A DNA stretch of 64,000 nt from the human T2T-CHM13v2.0 reference genome, Homo sapiens, in NCBI RefSeq assembly GCF_009914755.1, contig NC_060940.1. One strand, given 5' to 3'. Within the stretch, counting starts at the first letter, position 1; the number at the start of each line of letters is the position of its first letter. Made by a program: the position numbers and the translations under genes. Under the pieces are notes generated by a model. The model was not told the origin of the DNA, searched no databases, and saw nothing but the letters and a program-made list of their open reading frames with translations. Shown here in pieces: positions 16,151 through 30,919 of the stretch.

Positions 16151-17313
16151 TACTCAACAAATCTTAAAGGAAGAGAAAGTGAGCACAGGTCCTTTGCAAT
16201 TGTTTGGATGCAGAGGCAGCTCAAATACCTAAAAAGATTCGTGGACCCTGAGATAGATGTCACTTGGAGGTGATTTTCCTCAAAGGTCTATAGCGATGAG
16301 ACTAATGGGTGTTCAGCATAACCACAGCGCTGACAAGGATAATGTCTGTCCTGCAAGCATATGCACTTAAACCCTTTTCTTCCTGCATCTTTCTGGTCTT
16401 CCATGCATAAATGTTTAATTCTCCATTTTGCCATCAATCAGCTCACTGCTTTGGGAAGGGTCTGTGGATAAAAGCTGCCCAGTGCGGTCTGTCCAGACCT
16501 CCAAATGCACTCAAGGCACCCAAAGAGCTTCTAAAGAGCTGATGTCAGGACAGGGCCGTTGATTTATGATTCCCTAGGACATTCTGACACCCTTGCATGG
16601 ATGGGAGAGATAAGAGCCTAGCCAAGGCTGCCAGAAAGCCTTGTTTTAGAAGAATGAGGTCAAGGTCAGAAGCATGTGGGAAATCCACTGAAAAAACACA
16701 AGGCACAGAGACTCCTCCGTGGGCAGTGAGCTGGCTCGCTAAGGCCAGGAAGAGAGGGAAAGATCATTTTGTAGTACTATAAGGCAAACAAGAGACAAGA
16801 CAGATCGTGTTAAAGGGGACACTGGATATAAGAGAAAGAACTACAGATAGCTAGGGCAGGAGGCACTTGGGGATTTATTCTGAAATGCATGATTTCATTT
16901 ATCAGAAGAAGGACTGTTTTGTGTCACCAGCCTTTGGTTCTGCTCATTTGTGTGTGTGTGTGGGGGGGGTCGTCTACTTAATGCAGGAGCACCTCAAATT
17001 ACAGAGCTTTTTGATAAATTGCAATCCTATGTTTTCAATAGCTGGAAACAATATTCTCTGTGGCAGATATCCTCATCAAGGAAGGTCTCTCTGGGCTCTC
17101 ATAAAGAGTTTACCTCAATCCAGGTACGGTGCTGTAATTGATGATCATCTCCAAGAGGAGGAACAAGAATGTCTCCTCATTTTTACATCCCAGAAAGTCT
17201 CTCCATGCTTCCTTGGCCTAGGCTTTGGCACTTTCATCCTGGATGACCAAAAAGGGCCTCTGGTTGGCCTCCCTGACATCTATCCTAGTCTCCTCATAGC
17301 TACTCTCTAAAAT

Positions 17314-17640
17314 CAGTGATCCTCAAAGGTTAGCAAAGTATGGAGGGTGACAGTCAGAAGGGGAGGAAGGTTAGCACTCAATGAATATTCTTTAAAATTC
17401 ACGTGAATCAGTTTTTTTAAAACTGCATATACACACACGCATAAGAATGAAAGTACATGATATATTTATATTAATAGGTATATATGTTTGTTGATATAGA
17501 TATATAAATATAGTATCTATCTATCAATCTATCTATCCTATTGCTCTATTGCTTTGTGTGACTTTAGCTGCTTCTCCCCATTATTCTCAGGCATCTATGA
17601 AAAGAAAGGTTCTGTTCATGGGATATCTTAAAGATCACTG
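17314..17640. mobile_element. Possible hAT-Charlie DNA transposon relic
   Basis: Terminal inverted repeat CAGTGATC...GATCACTG; no clear TSD. Confidence 0.4.
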
Positions 17641-17774
17641 CTGCATGTGAGCTTCTAGACCTCACATGTAGCTTCTAGAACTTGTCTGTTTGAGATTACT
17701 GATTTGTCAGAGAGAGAGACAATGTTGACCTTTAATGTTATTGTCAGAGGACTGGAACTACAAGCAGTATATCT

Positions 17775-18050
17775 TCATTTATTCATTCACCATTCATTTA
17801 GTCATTCACCATTTATTCATTCATTCATTTATTCATTCACCATTAAACTTACAGTACATTACATTCACCATTAAATTTACATTATTTATTTACAAGTTAG
17901 GCACTGTACAAGGTGTTGGAGTTACAACGATCAAAACAAGGTAGTATATTCTCTGAAGAGTTCCTAGTTTATAGGAAAATATAGGCAGTGAGACAGGCAA
18001 ATTTCAATACAAGGGAATAATTTTTATAGCAGAGGAGTGCTTAAGATACT
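17775..18050 (-). mobile_element. L2 3' end with (CATT)n tail
   Basis: cattcatt repeats followed by ttaggcactgtacaaggtgttggag. Confidence 0.7.
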
Positions 18051-19799
18051 TACTATGACCCCCCACAAAAAAGCAAAACATACTCTTTTATATGTGCCAC
18101 ATGAGATATGAAAAAGCAAAGACTGATTTTAGGGAGTAGTTTTGCTCAAAGAAAACAGGGCCTCAACAAAAAAAAATTCACCGCAGCAGAAAGTTGAAAC
18201 AAAACAACTGAGTGTGTTTTTATTTTGCTTTTGAATTTTTTTTTAATTTCAGCTGTTTGGTTTTAAATCTCAGCTGAACCTTCCATGGGTCTATAGGATT
18301 TGGGAAGGGGAGAAGTGAAATTAGTTCTAGACTAGTTTGTGAAGGTGGCTTAGTTATCTACGCTTTGTGTGTTCTGAGCTTCCGTATCCAGAGGCACAGA
18401 GTAGTAAGAAAATCTCTTAAGAACACACAACAAGTAATATAAAGACTAAGGGGGAACAAATTGATCATTTTTACTTTACCCTCAAGTCCCACTGAGGGGA
18501 AAGGTAAGGCTCATTTCCGGCGAATCCCATAGAATAAGTGAGGAAAGCCATGCAGGACACAGCCCCCAAGCCTTTCTGTTAACCTGCTACTTCTGGCTTG
18601 GGAAGAACCCCTGGCTCCCAACCACAGGGGCTGAAAGCATGAGGAGACAGGTGCTGTCTCACACATAAGCGGAAGACACCAGTGAATTCCTTATGGGGTT
18701 CCTAATCTGCAAGGGTTTGGGGAAACAGGGCAGTTAGAAGCCAGAAAGAATCAGAATCATGGGAGGAAGAAACAGCTAAGCTCCAGGCTGTTTCACTACC
18801 TCTGAGTGGCAGCTGTAATACACCCCTCTTGCCAGTCAAGTTGCAAAGGTGGAATGGCAGATGGAAAGCCCATCATCACATACTGCAATGCATACAAGTT
18901 TCGTAACCAGTAGCCCAGCTTTCTCTCCATAAGGATGGCGTCTTACCCTGTCTGATTTAAAAGACCTTGATGATGCTCTCTCCCACTCACCCTTGATGAG
19001 TTCAGCCTCATTCTTTGTCTGATTCACTTTGTTGGCTGAAGCAGGAGACAGCCCAGTCCTCCCTTCCCAGCCTCTCATGCCCTAGCAGCAGGAACCAGCT
19101 AAGAAAGGAGAAATCCTGATCCCAGCGGGGCTCTGGTGTAGCTGAGCCAACACCCACACAGCTGCTAGACAGGAAACACATCAGACAAGCTCTCTCTTCC
19201 CAAGGGAATTTGGCTCACCAGCGGCAGGATTCTCAGGCAAAAAAACGCGGAGACAAGGATCAGACATTTGGCTGCGTCAGGCTCCCTTACTGCCTTACAT
19301 ATATTTAGATGATTTCTGAGTCTTTCTAAAGCTACCACTGAGAGCCTTCGGTTCTTATTGTTATAAACAGAACGTCTGAGATTCTAGTAGCAACACAGAG
19401 ATAGAAATGCAAAATTAAGCTTTCGAGGAGCAATACAGTATTGTTGGGAGACACACAGACACTCTGAGCACAAAATAAAAAATACATTGGCTACCAAGTC
19501 TATGAGATTATTCTCAGCTTCCCTAGTAATCAAATGCATGAAAATCAAAATATGATATGATACGATTCTCAGTTGACAAATATGAATGAATGAATGAATA
19601 AGTGAATGAATGAAAGCATGTATGCATGCAGAAGAAACATAATACCTAGTGCTGGTAAGGGTGTGGGGAAACAGGCACTCTCATGTACCATACAGGAGCA
19701 AAAATTATTCTACCCAAGTATGTTAATAACATGGTTGAAAAATTTAAAAATGCACAGAATGCCTATAGAACCCCTAGGGATTTATATTAAATAAATAAT

Positions 19800-20092
<293 letters not shown>

Positions 20093-21364
20093 CCTGTCAA
20101 TTCACCCATCCAGCCATCCACCCATTCGTCCATCAATCCTTGGATAAATATATAGAGATAGGCAGTTTTTTATTATCTCATAATCTTTTCAAATTCTGAA
20201 AATGTTGAAAAAGAAACTTTAGGTTAATAATGGTACATTCCTATGATGTAATATTATTCAGGCTTTACAATGACAATGATGTTCTATCTGTATTTATTAA
20301 TAGATCTTTGGAATTTAGTAGCAGGTAAATAAGTGGTTGTTTTCCATTTACCACCTTTTCTCAATAAAATGTTCTTTTTCTTTTTATTTTATTAGTCATG
20401 CTTTTATTTATGTTATATAAATAAGACATATTTATTTCAAATTCTAAAACATATTGAAAAGCATTTAAAAAATCATTCGTGATTCAACATCATTCGGAAT
20501 GGAGTGTACTGTATATTTCTGTTGCACATCTTTTCACAATTTTCTTATGCAGTTACAAGAATATATTATGCATATTTTCTGTGATTGGAACAGATTATAC
20601 ATGTTTTGTACTCTAATTTTCTGATGAGTAATACATTATTAATATCTCTATATATTAATAAATACAGATGGATAGTAATGTTTAATCATACCTGAACCTC
20701 ATAGTCTCCCTGAGGGTAAGTATGATTAAATACTATTATTCTTATTTATACGTAACCATATACAAGGCAGGCAATTTCATTATTTCACTTCACATAATTA
20801 AAAATTTTAAAATGAAAAAAACCTACCAACCAATAGAAAGCAATTCAAATTATTTATTAGAATTTCTTATTAATATGGGGAAAGACGAAATAAAAGATGT
20901 GATGAAGAAAACACACTATGAAAACTTTATACATAGCATAATATTAATTGTGAAAAAAATGCATACAAACTCACACACAAAAAGAGATAGAGGGAAAAAA
21001 CAATCTACCAAAAGATTTATAGATGTTTTTTCAAGCTGAGAAATTTCAGGTGATTTCGAGTTCTACATTCATGTTTTTTCAACTTCAATATGAGAATAAG
21101 TTCATTTTATATTCAGAAAAATTTATAATGAGAAAATGTGATAATCCATGTAGTATTAATTTTAAGATTATAAACACACAAATGTGTAAATAAATAAATA
21201 AATACAAAATAAATATTTTCTCTTATTTAACTTTACTGAGGCCCAAGGTAGTCTGGTTTTGTCTCTAGTTTAGAAGATAAAGAGGGACGGGGGTGGTGGA
21301 GCCCTATATTCCTGGGATTTTATAGGAAGAGATCTGATGATATTTGCATGCTTACTTGACATAG

Positions 21365-21542
21365 GATCTTACTCTTGGCTGCACATTAAAATCACTTGGG
21401 GGACTTTTAAGGGTTACAGAATCCTAGGCTACATTCCCAAGAAATTCTGATTTAATTCGTTAAAAGTGGAACCCAGGCATCAGTATTTACAAAAAAAAAA
21501 TTCCTTTTTTCTACTGATGTGTAGCCAGGGCTGAAAATAATT
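21365..21542. mobile_element. MER5-like hAT DNA transposon
   Basis: ttggctgcacattaaaatcacttggggg...ttctgatttaatt...cccaggcatcagtattt...agccagggctgaaa. Confidence 0.7.
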
Positions 21543-24500
21543 AGGTTATATCATTTAAATTCCCAAGGCTCCCTCCAAAAACTGTGTCAAATATCTCAGA
21601 GTGTCAGTGTTAGAAAGTCTTCCTCTTGAAACCTGCCGCATACATATATGTTCAATGGCTTGAGCTGAGCCTCCTTCTAAACTGGACGGTATTGTAAATG
21701 TGCTTACATTTCCCTGCTTATTCTGCTTTTTAAGTTTCTGACAATGCTCCGAAGGACAACTGGAGATGTTACAATTTTAATCCATTAAATAATTTCCTTA
21801 ATATTAATTATTTGATTAGTGCTTAAAAAGACTTGGAAATTTTTACGGCTCTTGATGCTTTATATATTACTTTCTGAAGTGTTTCTATGGATTTCCATCA
21901 TCCCCAATACATAGCAATTTACCAATTCACCACAAATTTAATATATCCAATTACTCCATCTCTCTGGTTTTGGTTATCATAGCAGATGAAAACATTCCAT
22001 TTCTTTCCTCATTTCTGATTACTCTTTACTCTTTCTTACTTGGGACTTTTTTTTTTACTAATATATCTATTAAAATCTGAGATAATTTTTACTATAAATA
22101 TGTACAAATTCTACTGGTATCAAATATCATCACCCGCACTGATGATTTTAAGCATTTTATTCTGAATCCAACTTTTAAATTTTGTTTTTATTTTACTATA
22201 GAGAAAATTTTCATTTTATGAGAGAAAAACTCTTAGATTTTTTCCTTTAAGGTTTTTTATCACTTTGAAACTTACAAGCACTTCCTCATCCAAAGATCTC
22301 ATAAAGTGTTAATTCTATTCTAACTTTTTATGCTTAGATTATTTTATTATAAGCCCTTTATCCATCAGGGGTTTATATTGGTAGATAAATGCAAAGGATT
22401 TATTGTAATTTTCATTCCCTCAAAGATTAGCTAATTTTACAAATGCCATTTATAAAATGGCCCCTTCCATTCAATTACACAATGATAGTTTGAAGCCATA
22501 TGGGTAAGTGCACATATGGATTTTCCCTCTCTCATTGACCCAGCCATCTAATTTCATGTAAGTACCACACTGTGTTAGTTTTGGCTACTCTATAATATCT
22601 TTTTATATCCAAAAGATCTAGCATCCTCTAATTCTTTAAAATATTACTTGACTTGTAATATTCAAACATGTTTTAGAAAAATTTTAATTTGTTTCAGGGT
22701 ATTTCCTTTTGATGATTTATTTAGGATTAGATAAAATATATGCATTAACTTGTGGACAAAAGATATGTTAAGCATATGGCTTTTTTGGATACATTGAAAT
22801 TTCATAATACAGCCATCCCTTAGGGATCAAAGCAAAGGGTGATTACCTTGTGTCTCTGGTCAGGACTTAATTTTGATACTGTCCTCTTAGGACTGAATTT
22901 CCTGCCTATCAGAGGTCTAGGTTTGAGAGCTATAGAGAAAATATTGAGATTTTTATTCATAGTTTCTGACAGTGACATTAAACAAACAGAGCAATAAGAA
23001 ATCAATGGCTGGCATTGGATTTAGATTTCACCTGCAAGCAAAGCAAGCAGTGCCGTGCTGAGCTCGGGTGCATAATCTTGCCTTGTGAACAAGAAAAGGG
23101 CCGAGGTGATTATGCAGGGCAGTCACGTTGGGGTGCCAGCCTTTTTCCTTGCTCAGTTCAAATATTATTGCTTTTAAATGTCAGTATATAACCATTGTAA
23201 GCATGTATATTTATGAAAACTCCTCTTTCCTAAGACATTTCAGGTAGACATCTTGGAGCAAGGTATATATTTAAATTTTAATCAGAACTGCAGGCACAGC
23301 AATGCTTCTGTTAGAGCTGAATTCTTTAGAGGAAGAGCACTAACTTTACTTGAGATCCCACAGTAGGTGTGGAACTGTCCTGGGCACTGCATATATGCAG
23401 CCTCATGTGATCCTCACAGATGCTTTGTGATGGAGGGATGTTTCTAAAGCCCCATTTTATAGGTGATGAAATTAAGTTTTAGCCTCTAGTGTTGAAGTGG
23501 GCCTTGAGGGTCACTCAGGTCACTGCCTTCACCATTCCCTGCTCACCAGCATCTTTAATATCTTGATAAAGTTCTAACAAAGTCTTTCTGAACACTTAGG
23601 TCTGAATGCCTCTGAGGGTGAGCAACTCATTCCTTTCCTTCCAAAGATGGTTCAGTTCATTATTGGATGCCTCTGATCTAACCATTTAAAAACAAACAAA
23701 CAAAACTACAGTCTTTATATCAAACTAGATCCCATTTCCTTAAATTTCTGAACTTAAACACTATTTCAGCCTTCTGAAGTCAGGGAAAAAGGCCTATCTC
23801 TCTGCCCAGAAACAACTCAAAGGAATTAGAGGGGCTTATTCCCACTGAGTGGTAAACTCTCCATTTCATGAGATGCAGAAACTGCCACCAGCCCTGGTAC
23901 TTCAACAGTTAGGAACCCAAAGTGAAGTGTCTGATTTTCAAGGCACCATGTTCTTCATAACTGGAAATATCAAGGAAATCTGGTTTTCCCCTAAATGTCA
24001 AAGCTTTCACAAAAAAAATCTCTGGACCTCACGCTTATCCCAGGGAAAGTGATGCCTCCACATCCATTTCTAACATCAGTGTGTTCCAGGAACAAGTTTC
24101 CTTTTAATTTCCTGGAGAGCTGAGGGAAGCCAGAAAGTTGTTTTTTAATCTCCTTTGCAACCTCTCAGGTTAGAGCTTTTCTATGTCTTGTTTGATATAC
24201 ATTTCAGTCCCTTGGAGAACGAAAGGATGATGTGTCTCTTAGCTGGTCTTCCTGAAATCTTATTTCTCTTGCCTCTGCTTGAAATAGGAGCTACAGACCA
24301 GGCCATTCAAGGTCATGCCCTCTAATGATGGCCTGGAATAACAGCATCAGGGTAAGGGATTTGATATCAGGAACTATCAACATCCAATCAGTACAAAAGT
24401 ATTTTCTGAGTCCAGCTAACCATGTACTTTTCTTTGCAGCTGCAACTTCATTAAATGGAGGACTGAGTTTCCAACAAGAAAAGGTCAACATTTCCATTTG

Positions 24501-25672
24501 GGCATTCAAACATCTCCAAGATGGGCTTGAAGCTTTAGTGTTCTATTGATTCAGCCATCTCCATGCTGAGCACAGAACTTTGCCCAGAATAGATGGGCTG
24601 TGTCAATCAAAGCCCACCAGTGGGGTTATTTATTTTCAGTTTGATTCACAGGGCTATCAAATATCGAAACTGAAGGAGATCAAGGTAATTGTACTTCAGT
24701 TTAAATTTGCAAATGGAACTTTCACAACTGATACATTACTGAAGCTGAAATTCATGAGAAACTCTTTGAAATGACAAGGTTTTCTCCTGCTTTCATTTGG
24801 CCTGTGTTTACCAAACACTCACTAAATACAAAAACACTAAATTAGGGTCTCCAGAGGAGAAGCTGACTCTAAATTAAAAAAAAAAATGTAATTACGTGCC
24901 AAGTGACATGGAAATATAAAGTACTGCTGATCAAGGAGGGAGTCTATGATTTGGAACATAACTGAAAATTGGTGGCATTTGTTCATGCAGATATAGAAAA
25001 TACTCTCCTGATAGAGGGAACAGTCCATCTGGTAGTTAAGTTTACCTAAATTATGTAAGTAATTAATGATAGCAACTTCTCAAATGAATGTCATACGTTT
25101 TGTGAAATTTTATGGCATTTAACTGCATCCTGAAAATGTTTTTATTTAAAAAGCTTATTTTTATATTACATATTTATATTTATTATCTTAACAACATGAA
25201 CTATAATAAAGGTGTTATTAATTTTTAAAAACCTTGCATTATTGGAGTTATGTTTTTCCTTCAAGTGTTCTCCTTCTCATCTTCATAAGGTATATTTTGC
25301 CCCCTAAATGGATTGCACTGTCTCCCCAACACACACTTAAATCATGTCAGTCTTTCTGATGTTTTGAAAAGTCTTTGTTCTTCAAGTTTGCCTTTGTCCC
25401 TCCACTTCCAGATAATTTGCTTTAATTTTAAACATATTTAATTAGCAGTGAATGTATCAGGTCAACATTAAATAACATGATTCAATCACCTATAATATCA
25501 ACCACATCCAAAGGCTATGTATAAACCTTTTAATAAAATGTTTTCCCTTTACTTTGTAAATGTGTTCAGATCTCTAGCATTTCTACATCCTTAGCATCTT
25601 AATTAATTCATTTTATACAATTTATATTTTACTTTTTAAAATTTTCTTACAAGAGATGAGGGGTCAATTTCT

Positions 25673-26410
<738 letters not shown>

Positions 26411-27899
26411 GCCAATTCTGGCTTTCCTGACCCAGGATTTAATACTTATGTTTATACAAATTATATATAAATAATCTCTTCACATGATAATATTCATGAA
26501 TACAGAATGAATCTATAAGGCAAATGTGATGAAGTACTAAATCTACATATGTAAAAATCCTGTAGCAGGAGGAGGAGAAAAACCTGAATAAAGCAATTCA
26601 TTTTGTCCTTATGGCGTTGCTATGGAACACGAGTTACAGTGGCAACTATTTCTTCCATCCTTTATGTTTGGAAATTGACCATGTCTAATGGAATCACCAG
26701 CTCTTCCTGAGTGGTCCCCAAGGTGATGCATCAGGTATGTGCAGGAGCAGATCCCATGCCCTTTCCTGTACCTCCTCATTCTGAAGACTTCTGCTCACTC
26801 TCCAACAGTGACTCTTAAGGAGTCGGTCATGTCAAGATGATGACTCCATGCATGCCAGTCCTATGCTGTCCTCTGTCTTCCTTTCTTCCTTTCCTGGAAT
26901 GTGCCCTTTTCTGAAATCTACGAAGGCTCACTGAGATATGCCTCTCAATGTTTGTGAAGATTGTGCTAAAAATCTAATTAGTGTAGAAGAGAATACTACC
27001 TATGTTTCTCCTCCTGGGGACATAGGCCACACTAACTTGCCTCTACAGAAACAAGCCAGGTTCCTCAACCCAGTTCTTTCCCACCCAAGATCACATCTTC
27101 CCAGGATGACTGACAGCTGGAGTGCTCATTCCCCTTCAGAAACGCTCTCCCCCATCCCCAGCACCACCTGCAGGAGAGTGGTCTGGTTAGGACCCCCAGT
27201 AGATGCTATCACGTACACAGACACTAGCTCACTTCTCAAAAATGAGTTGTTCAATCTCATCTCCCCACATGTGGGATGACTTCAGCCTTATCCGCATTTG
27301 GCTATAACAGTTCTCTTTACTATCTCCTCATTAATGGCTTCAGAAAATCTCCATGTCAATTACGTCTTTATCATGACCAAAGAGAAAGCAAAGTTGCACT
27401 GTAAACTGAACCACTAACTTCACCCTCTCCTTCCATGACCCTCCCAGCTAATCTTCCTTCTTGATTACTTTCTTTTCATGGCCTCGTAGCCTTAGCACAT
27501 GCAAATATCAACCAACCATCATTGTCTGAGCACCTGTGCTGAACCTGGGCCTGAGAAGGCACTATGAATAGAACTAACTTTAAAAAGAGGGGTGAGAGGA
27601 AAGGTTCTGAAGGGAGATGCAAGAGAAAAAGAATGGCACATTTTCATTGGAGAGATGTGAGAAGATGTCATCGGGGTGGTATCATGGAAGTCAGATCTCA
27701 AACAATGGTGATAACCTGAGAATAAACAAATATTTATTTTTCAGGTATATGAAAAGAATAGTCTCGGTTTGTACAACACTAATGTAATTTTATTTCCTTT
27801 TATCTCTTTTGTGATTCCCTGGAGCTCATTCCATTAATTCTTACCTAGAGACTCTGGCATACTTTCTTTCTCTGTGTCTTAGTATTTATCTTTCTAAGA

Positions 27900-28330
27900 A
27901 CTCCCACATACCACATGGGAATATAAATTGATGTGAATGTCTTACAAAGCAATTTGGCATTAATGGATCCAGAGTCTTAAAAATGTTCATACAAGGTTAT
28001 TATGAGCCAGCAATTCCACTCCCAGAAATCTATCCAAATGAAATAACCTAAGACATAGGGGAAAATAAATATGTATAAATATATTTGCAAGAATATGCTT
28101 ATTACACCATAGCTTCTCACTTTGTTGATATGATAAAAAACTAAATTGATAATAAAAGAAATGATTAAATGATAACACATCCATATGATGGACTGTTAGG
28201 CAGCCATTAAAATGGTGCTTATGGAAAACTGGTAACATAAAAAATACATATAATATATTGTTAGGAGAAAAATTCAAGCTATGGAATTATGCATAGAATA
28301 TGATCATGGCCATGCAGAACTTGCATATCA
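27900..28330 (+). mobile_element. Old L1 (L1ME-like) 3' fragment
   Basis: gcaatttggca...ccagcaattccactcccagaaatctatcc...gcagccattaaaa. Confidence 0.65.
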
Positions 28331-29062
28331 AATGGATTATGAGCAAAAAAAGTAGAATGGGAGGGAAGAGGAGAAAGTGTCACAGCAGGATTGTTGTGTG
28401 GGTTGTTTTCACCCTTTGTTTCCACTTTACTAAATATTCTAGATACTCTTGAACAGACAGGTTCCTTTTCAAGGTATAATATTTGCAGTAATTTTTTGAA
28501 AGTACCTTGTAATCCAAAAGTGCATCTTCTTCCTCACCAGGGTGATGTATTGTGCAAAGGAACCCAGCTCAGATGTCTCCATTTGCTTTCCTTCATTATC
28601 GGACTTGTATCCTAATAAATTTCATGTTTGAGGCTTCTCAGCCCACACTGGCAGCATCAGTCACAGAGGTCAACTCACTTCCTCCCACCCTCTTCAGGGT
28701 TATTTCCACCCAGCCCACCCACAGAGCACAGAGAGTCTGGCTATTTTAATATACAATAAACATACATATTTCTGTCACTTGTCTGGTGTTCTTGATCTGC
28801 ATTGGACTAAAAAGAAAATTCCAGTTGGCTCAATAAAAATTTTGTTCTTACTTCAGCTGTCACTTCTATCCTATCTGCCTCTCTCTTCTGGTATGCCCTG
28901 TGGTTTAATGTTGCACAAGCACCAATATCAGGTCTTTTTGAAAGGTCTCTGTACCATGCACTGCAAGCCCCTGTTATCCCAGCAAAGTTTTGCTGCAAGA
29001 TTTCCATAAACTCCTACAATCCTTATGTAGCAATGCCAGTGCATTCTTTCCACTGCAGATGG

Positions 29063-29433
29063 TGTATTAGTCCGTTCCCATGTGGCTAATAAAGACATAC
29101 CAGAGACTAGGTAATTTATAAAGGAAAGGTTTAATTGACTCACAGTTTGACAGGGCTGAGGCCTCAAGAAACTTATAATTATGGCAGAAGGGGAAGCAAG
29201 CATGTCCACCTTCACATCGTGGCTGCAAGAAGTGCAGGGCAAAAAGGGTAAAAACCCCGTATAAAGCCATCAGATCTTGTGAGAACTCATTCACTATCAT
29301 GAGAACAGCAACATAGGGGCAACCACCCCCATGATTCAATTACCTCCCACTGGGTCCCTCCCATGACACATGGGGATTATGGGAACTGTAATCCAAGACG
29401 AGATTTGGGTGGGGACACAGCCCAACCATATCA
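29063..29433 (-). mobile_element. THE1 solo LTR
   Basis: Intact termini; perfect TSD GATGG at 29058-29062 and 29434-29438. Confidence 0.93.
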
Positions 29434-30139
29434 GATGGCCTCTCTTTGTCACCTTTTACAATGATTGCTTCTGTAGGTCTTCCACTGCCAATACCTCTCA
29501 TTTGCCAATACCTCTCATTTACTCCTGACCAACCAGCATAAGATTTAGTCCATTATTAAGTGAGATTGCCCCAAAGTCTCTTCCACAGTTCAGGATGCTG
29601 CTCGCACATATATAATCTGATGCTGGGCTCTTTCTTGTCTCTTTCTCTCTATTTGCCCTCCCTCTGAAAGAACTTCAGGATGGGCAATTTTACTTTATAC
29701 ACATAAGAAATTAACAAACATGTATTGAGTGCCTACCACATGAAAAGTATAGTGACAGCAGCAGGAAAAATTCAGAGGAAGAAAAATGGGTGTCCTTGTT
29801 CTCAGAGTTTGAACAGTCTAGTAAGAGAGAAAAGGCGGTTTTGGTTAGCACCTAAACAAAAGGCATAGGATGTTATGTGATGCAAAGGAAGAAAGGGAGG
29901 AAAGGAACCAGCATTTATTAAGCCCCTCCCTTATGCTGAGCACATAAAAGTCTGCCACAGAGAAATAAAGCCGAAGATTTGAAAGAACTCAATAATTTTC
30001 TAGTTGTGTGCATAGAAGACTTCATAAAATCTCTTTCACATGTTTTGTGGGATCAGTTGTGATGTTGGAACCTTTATTGTTTCTAATTGTGCTTATTTGA
30101 ATCTTCTTTCAATTTTTTCTTTGTTAGTCTAGCTAGTGG

Positions 30140-30323
30140 TCTTTTCTTTTTTCTTTTTTTCTCCTTCCTACTCCTCTTCTTCTTCCTCCTCCTCCTTCCC
30201 CTCCTCCTCCTTCCCCTCCTCCTCCTCCCCTTCTTCTTCCTCTTCTTCTTCTTCCTCTTCTTCTTCCTCTTCTTCTTCTTCTCCTTCTCCTTCTTTCTCC
30301 TCCTCCTTCTCCTTCTCCTTCTC

Positions 30324-30354
<31 letters not shown>

Positions 30355-30556
30355 TTCTCCTCCTCCTTCCCCTCCTCCTCCTTCCCCTCCTCCTCCTCCC
30401 CTTCTTCTTCCTCTTCTTCTTCTTCCTCTTCTTCTTCCTCTTCTTCTTCTTCTCCTTCTCCTTCTTTCTCCTCCTCCTTCTCCTTCTCCTTCTCCTTCTC
30501 CTTCTCCTTCTCCTTCTCCTTCTCCTTCTTCTTCTTCTTCTTCTTCTTCTTCTTCT

Positions 30557-30591
<35 letters not shown>

Positions 30592-30640
30592 TTCTCCTCC
30601 TCCTTTCTCTTTCTCCTTTTCCTTCTCTTTCTCCTTCTTC
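30140..30640. repeat. Compound polypyrimidine microsatellite (TTC/TCC/TCCTTC), the expanded tail of the adjacent Alu
   Basis: Only C and T from 30171 to 30640; (TTC)18 at 30526-30579. Confidence 0.97.
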
Positions 30641-30919
30641 ACAGGGTCCCACTCTGTTACCCAGGCTGAGTGCAGTAGTGTGATCATAGTTTACTGCAGC
30701 CTCAAATTCCTGGACATACAAAATACTCCCATCTCAGCATGCACAGTAGCTGGGATGATAGCTGTGTGCCACCATGCCTGGCTAGTTTTTATGTTTTCTA
30801 TAGAGATGGAATCTCACTATGTTGCCCAAGCTGATCTCAAACTTCTGGGGTCAAGTCATGCTCCCACCACAGTCTTTTCAAGTGTCAGGATCACAGGCAT
30901 GAGGAACCTGCGCCCAGCC
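30641..30919 (-). mobile_element. AluJ inserted in an L1
   Basis: Diverged dimer; antisense L1 ORF2-type sequence on both sides (~30040-30139 and 30920-31475). Confidence 0.9.

Noticed and set aside
16867-17310. 147-aa ORF, and the 125-aa ORF at 15386-15763
   Set aside because: No recognisable domain; the first has a non-ATG start and spans a (TG)n repeat. Such lengths are compatible with chance.
18400-19320. GC-richer unique-looking stretch with scattered RUNX-, AP-1- and ETS-like words
   Set aside because: Only short single motifs at frequencies expected by chance; cannot be called an enhancer from sequence alone.
29486-29519. 17-bp perfect tandem duplication tgccaatacctctcatt x2
   Set aside because: Ordinary slippage duplication; two copies with no spacer, so not CRISPR-like.
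30083-30721. Four long ORFs of 177-212 aa (poly-R/K, poly-L/F, poly-E/G, poly-S/F)
   Set aside because: Artefacts of a C/T-only microsatellite that cannot contain stop codons; the start codons come from Alu or L1 sequence.
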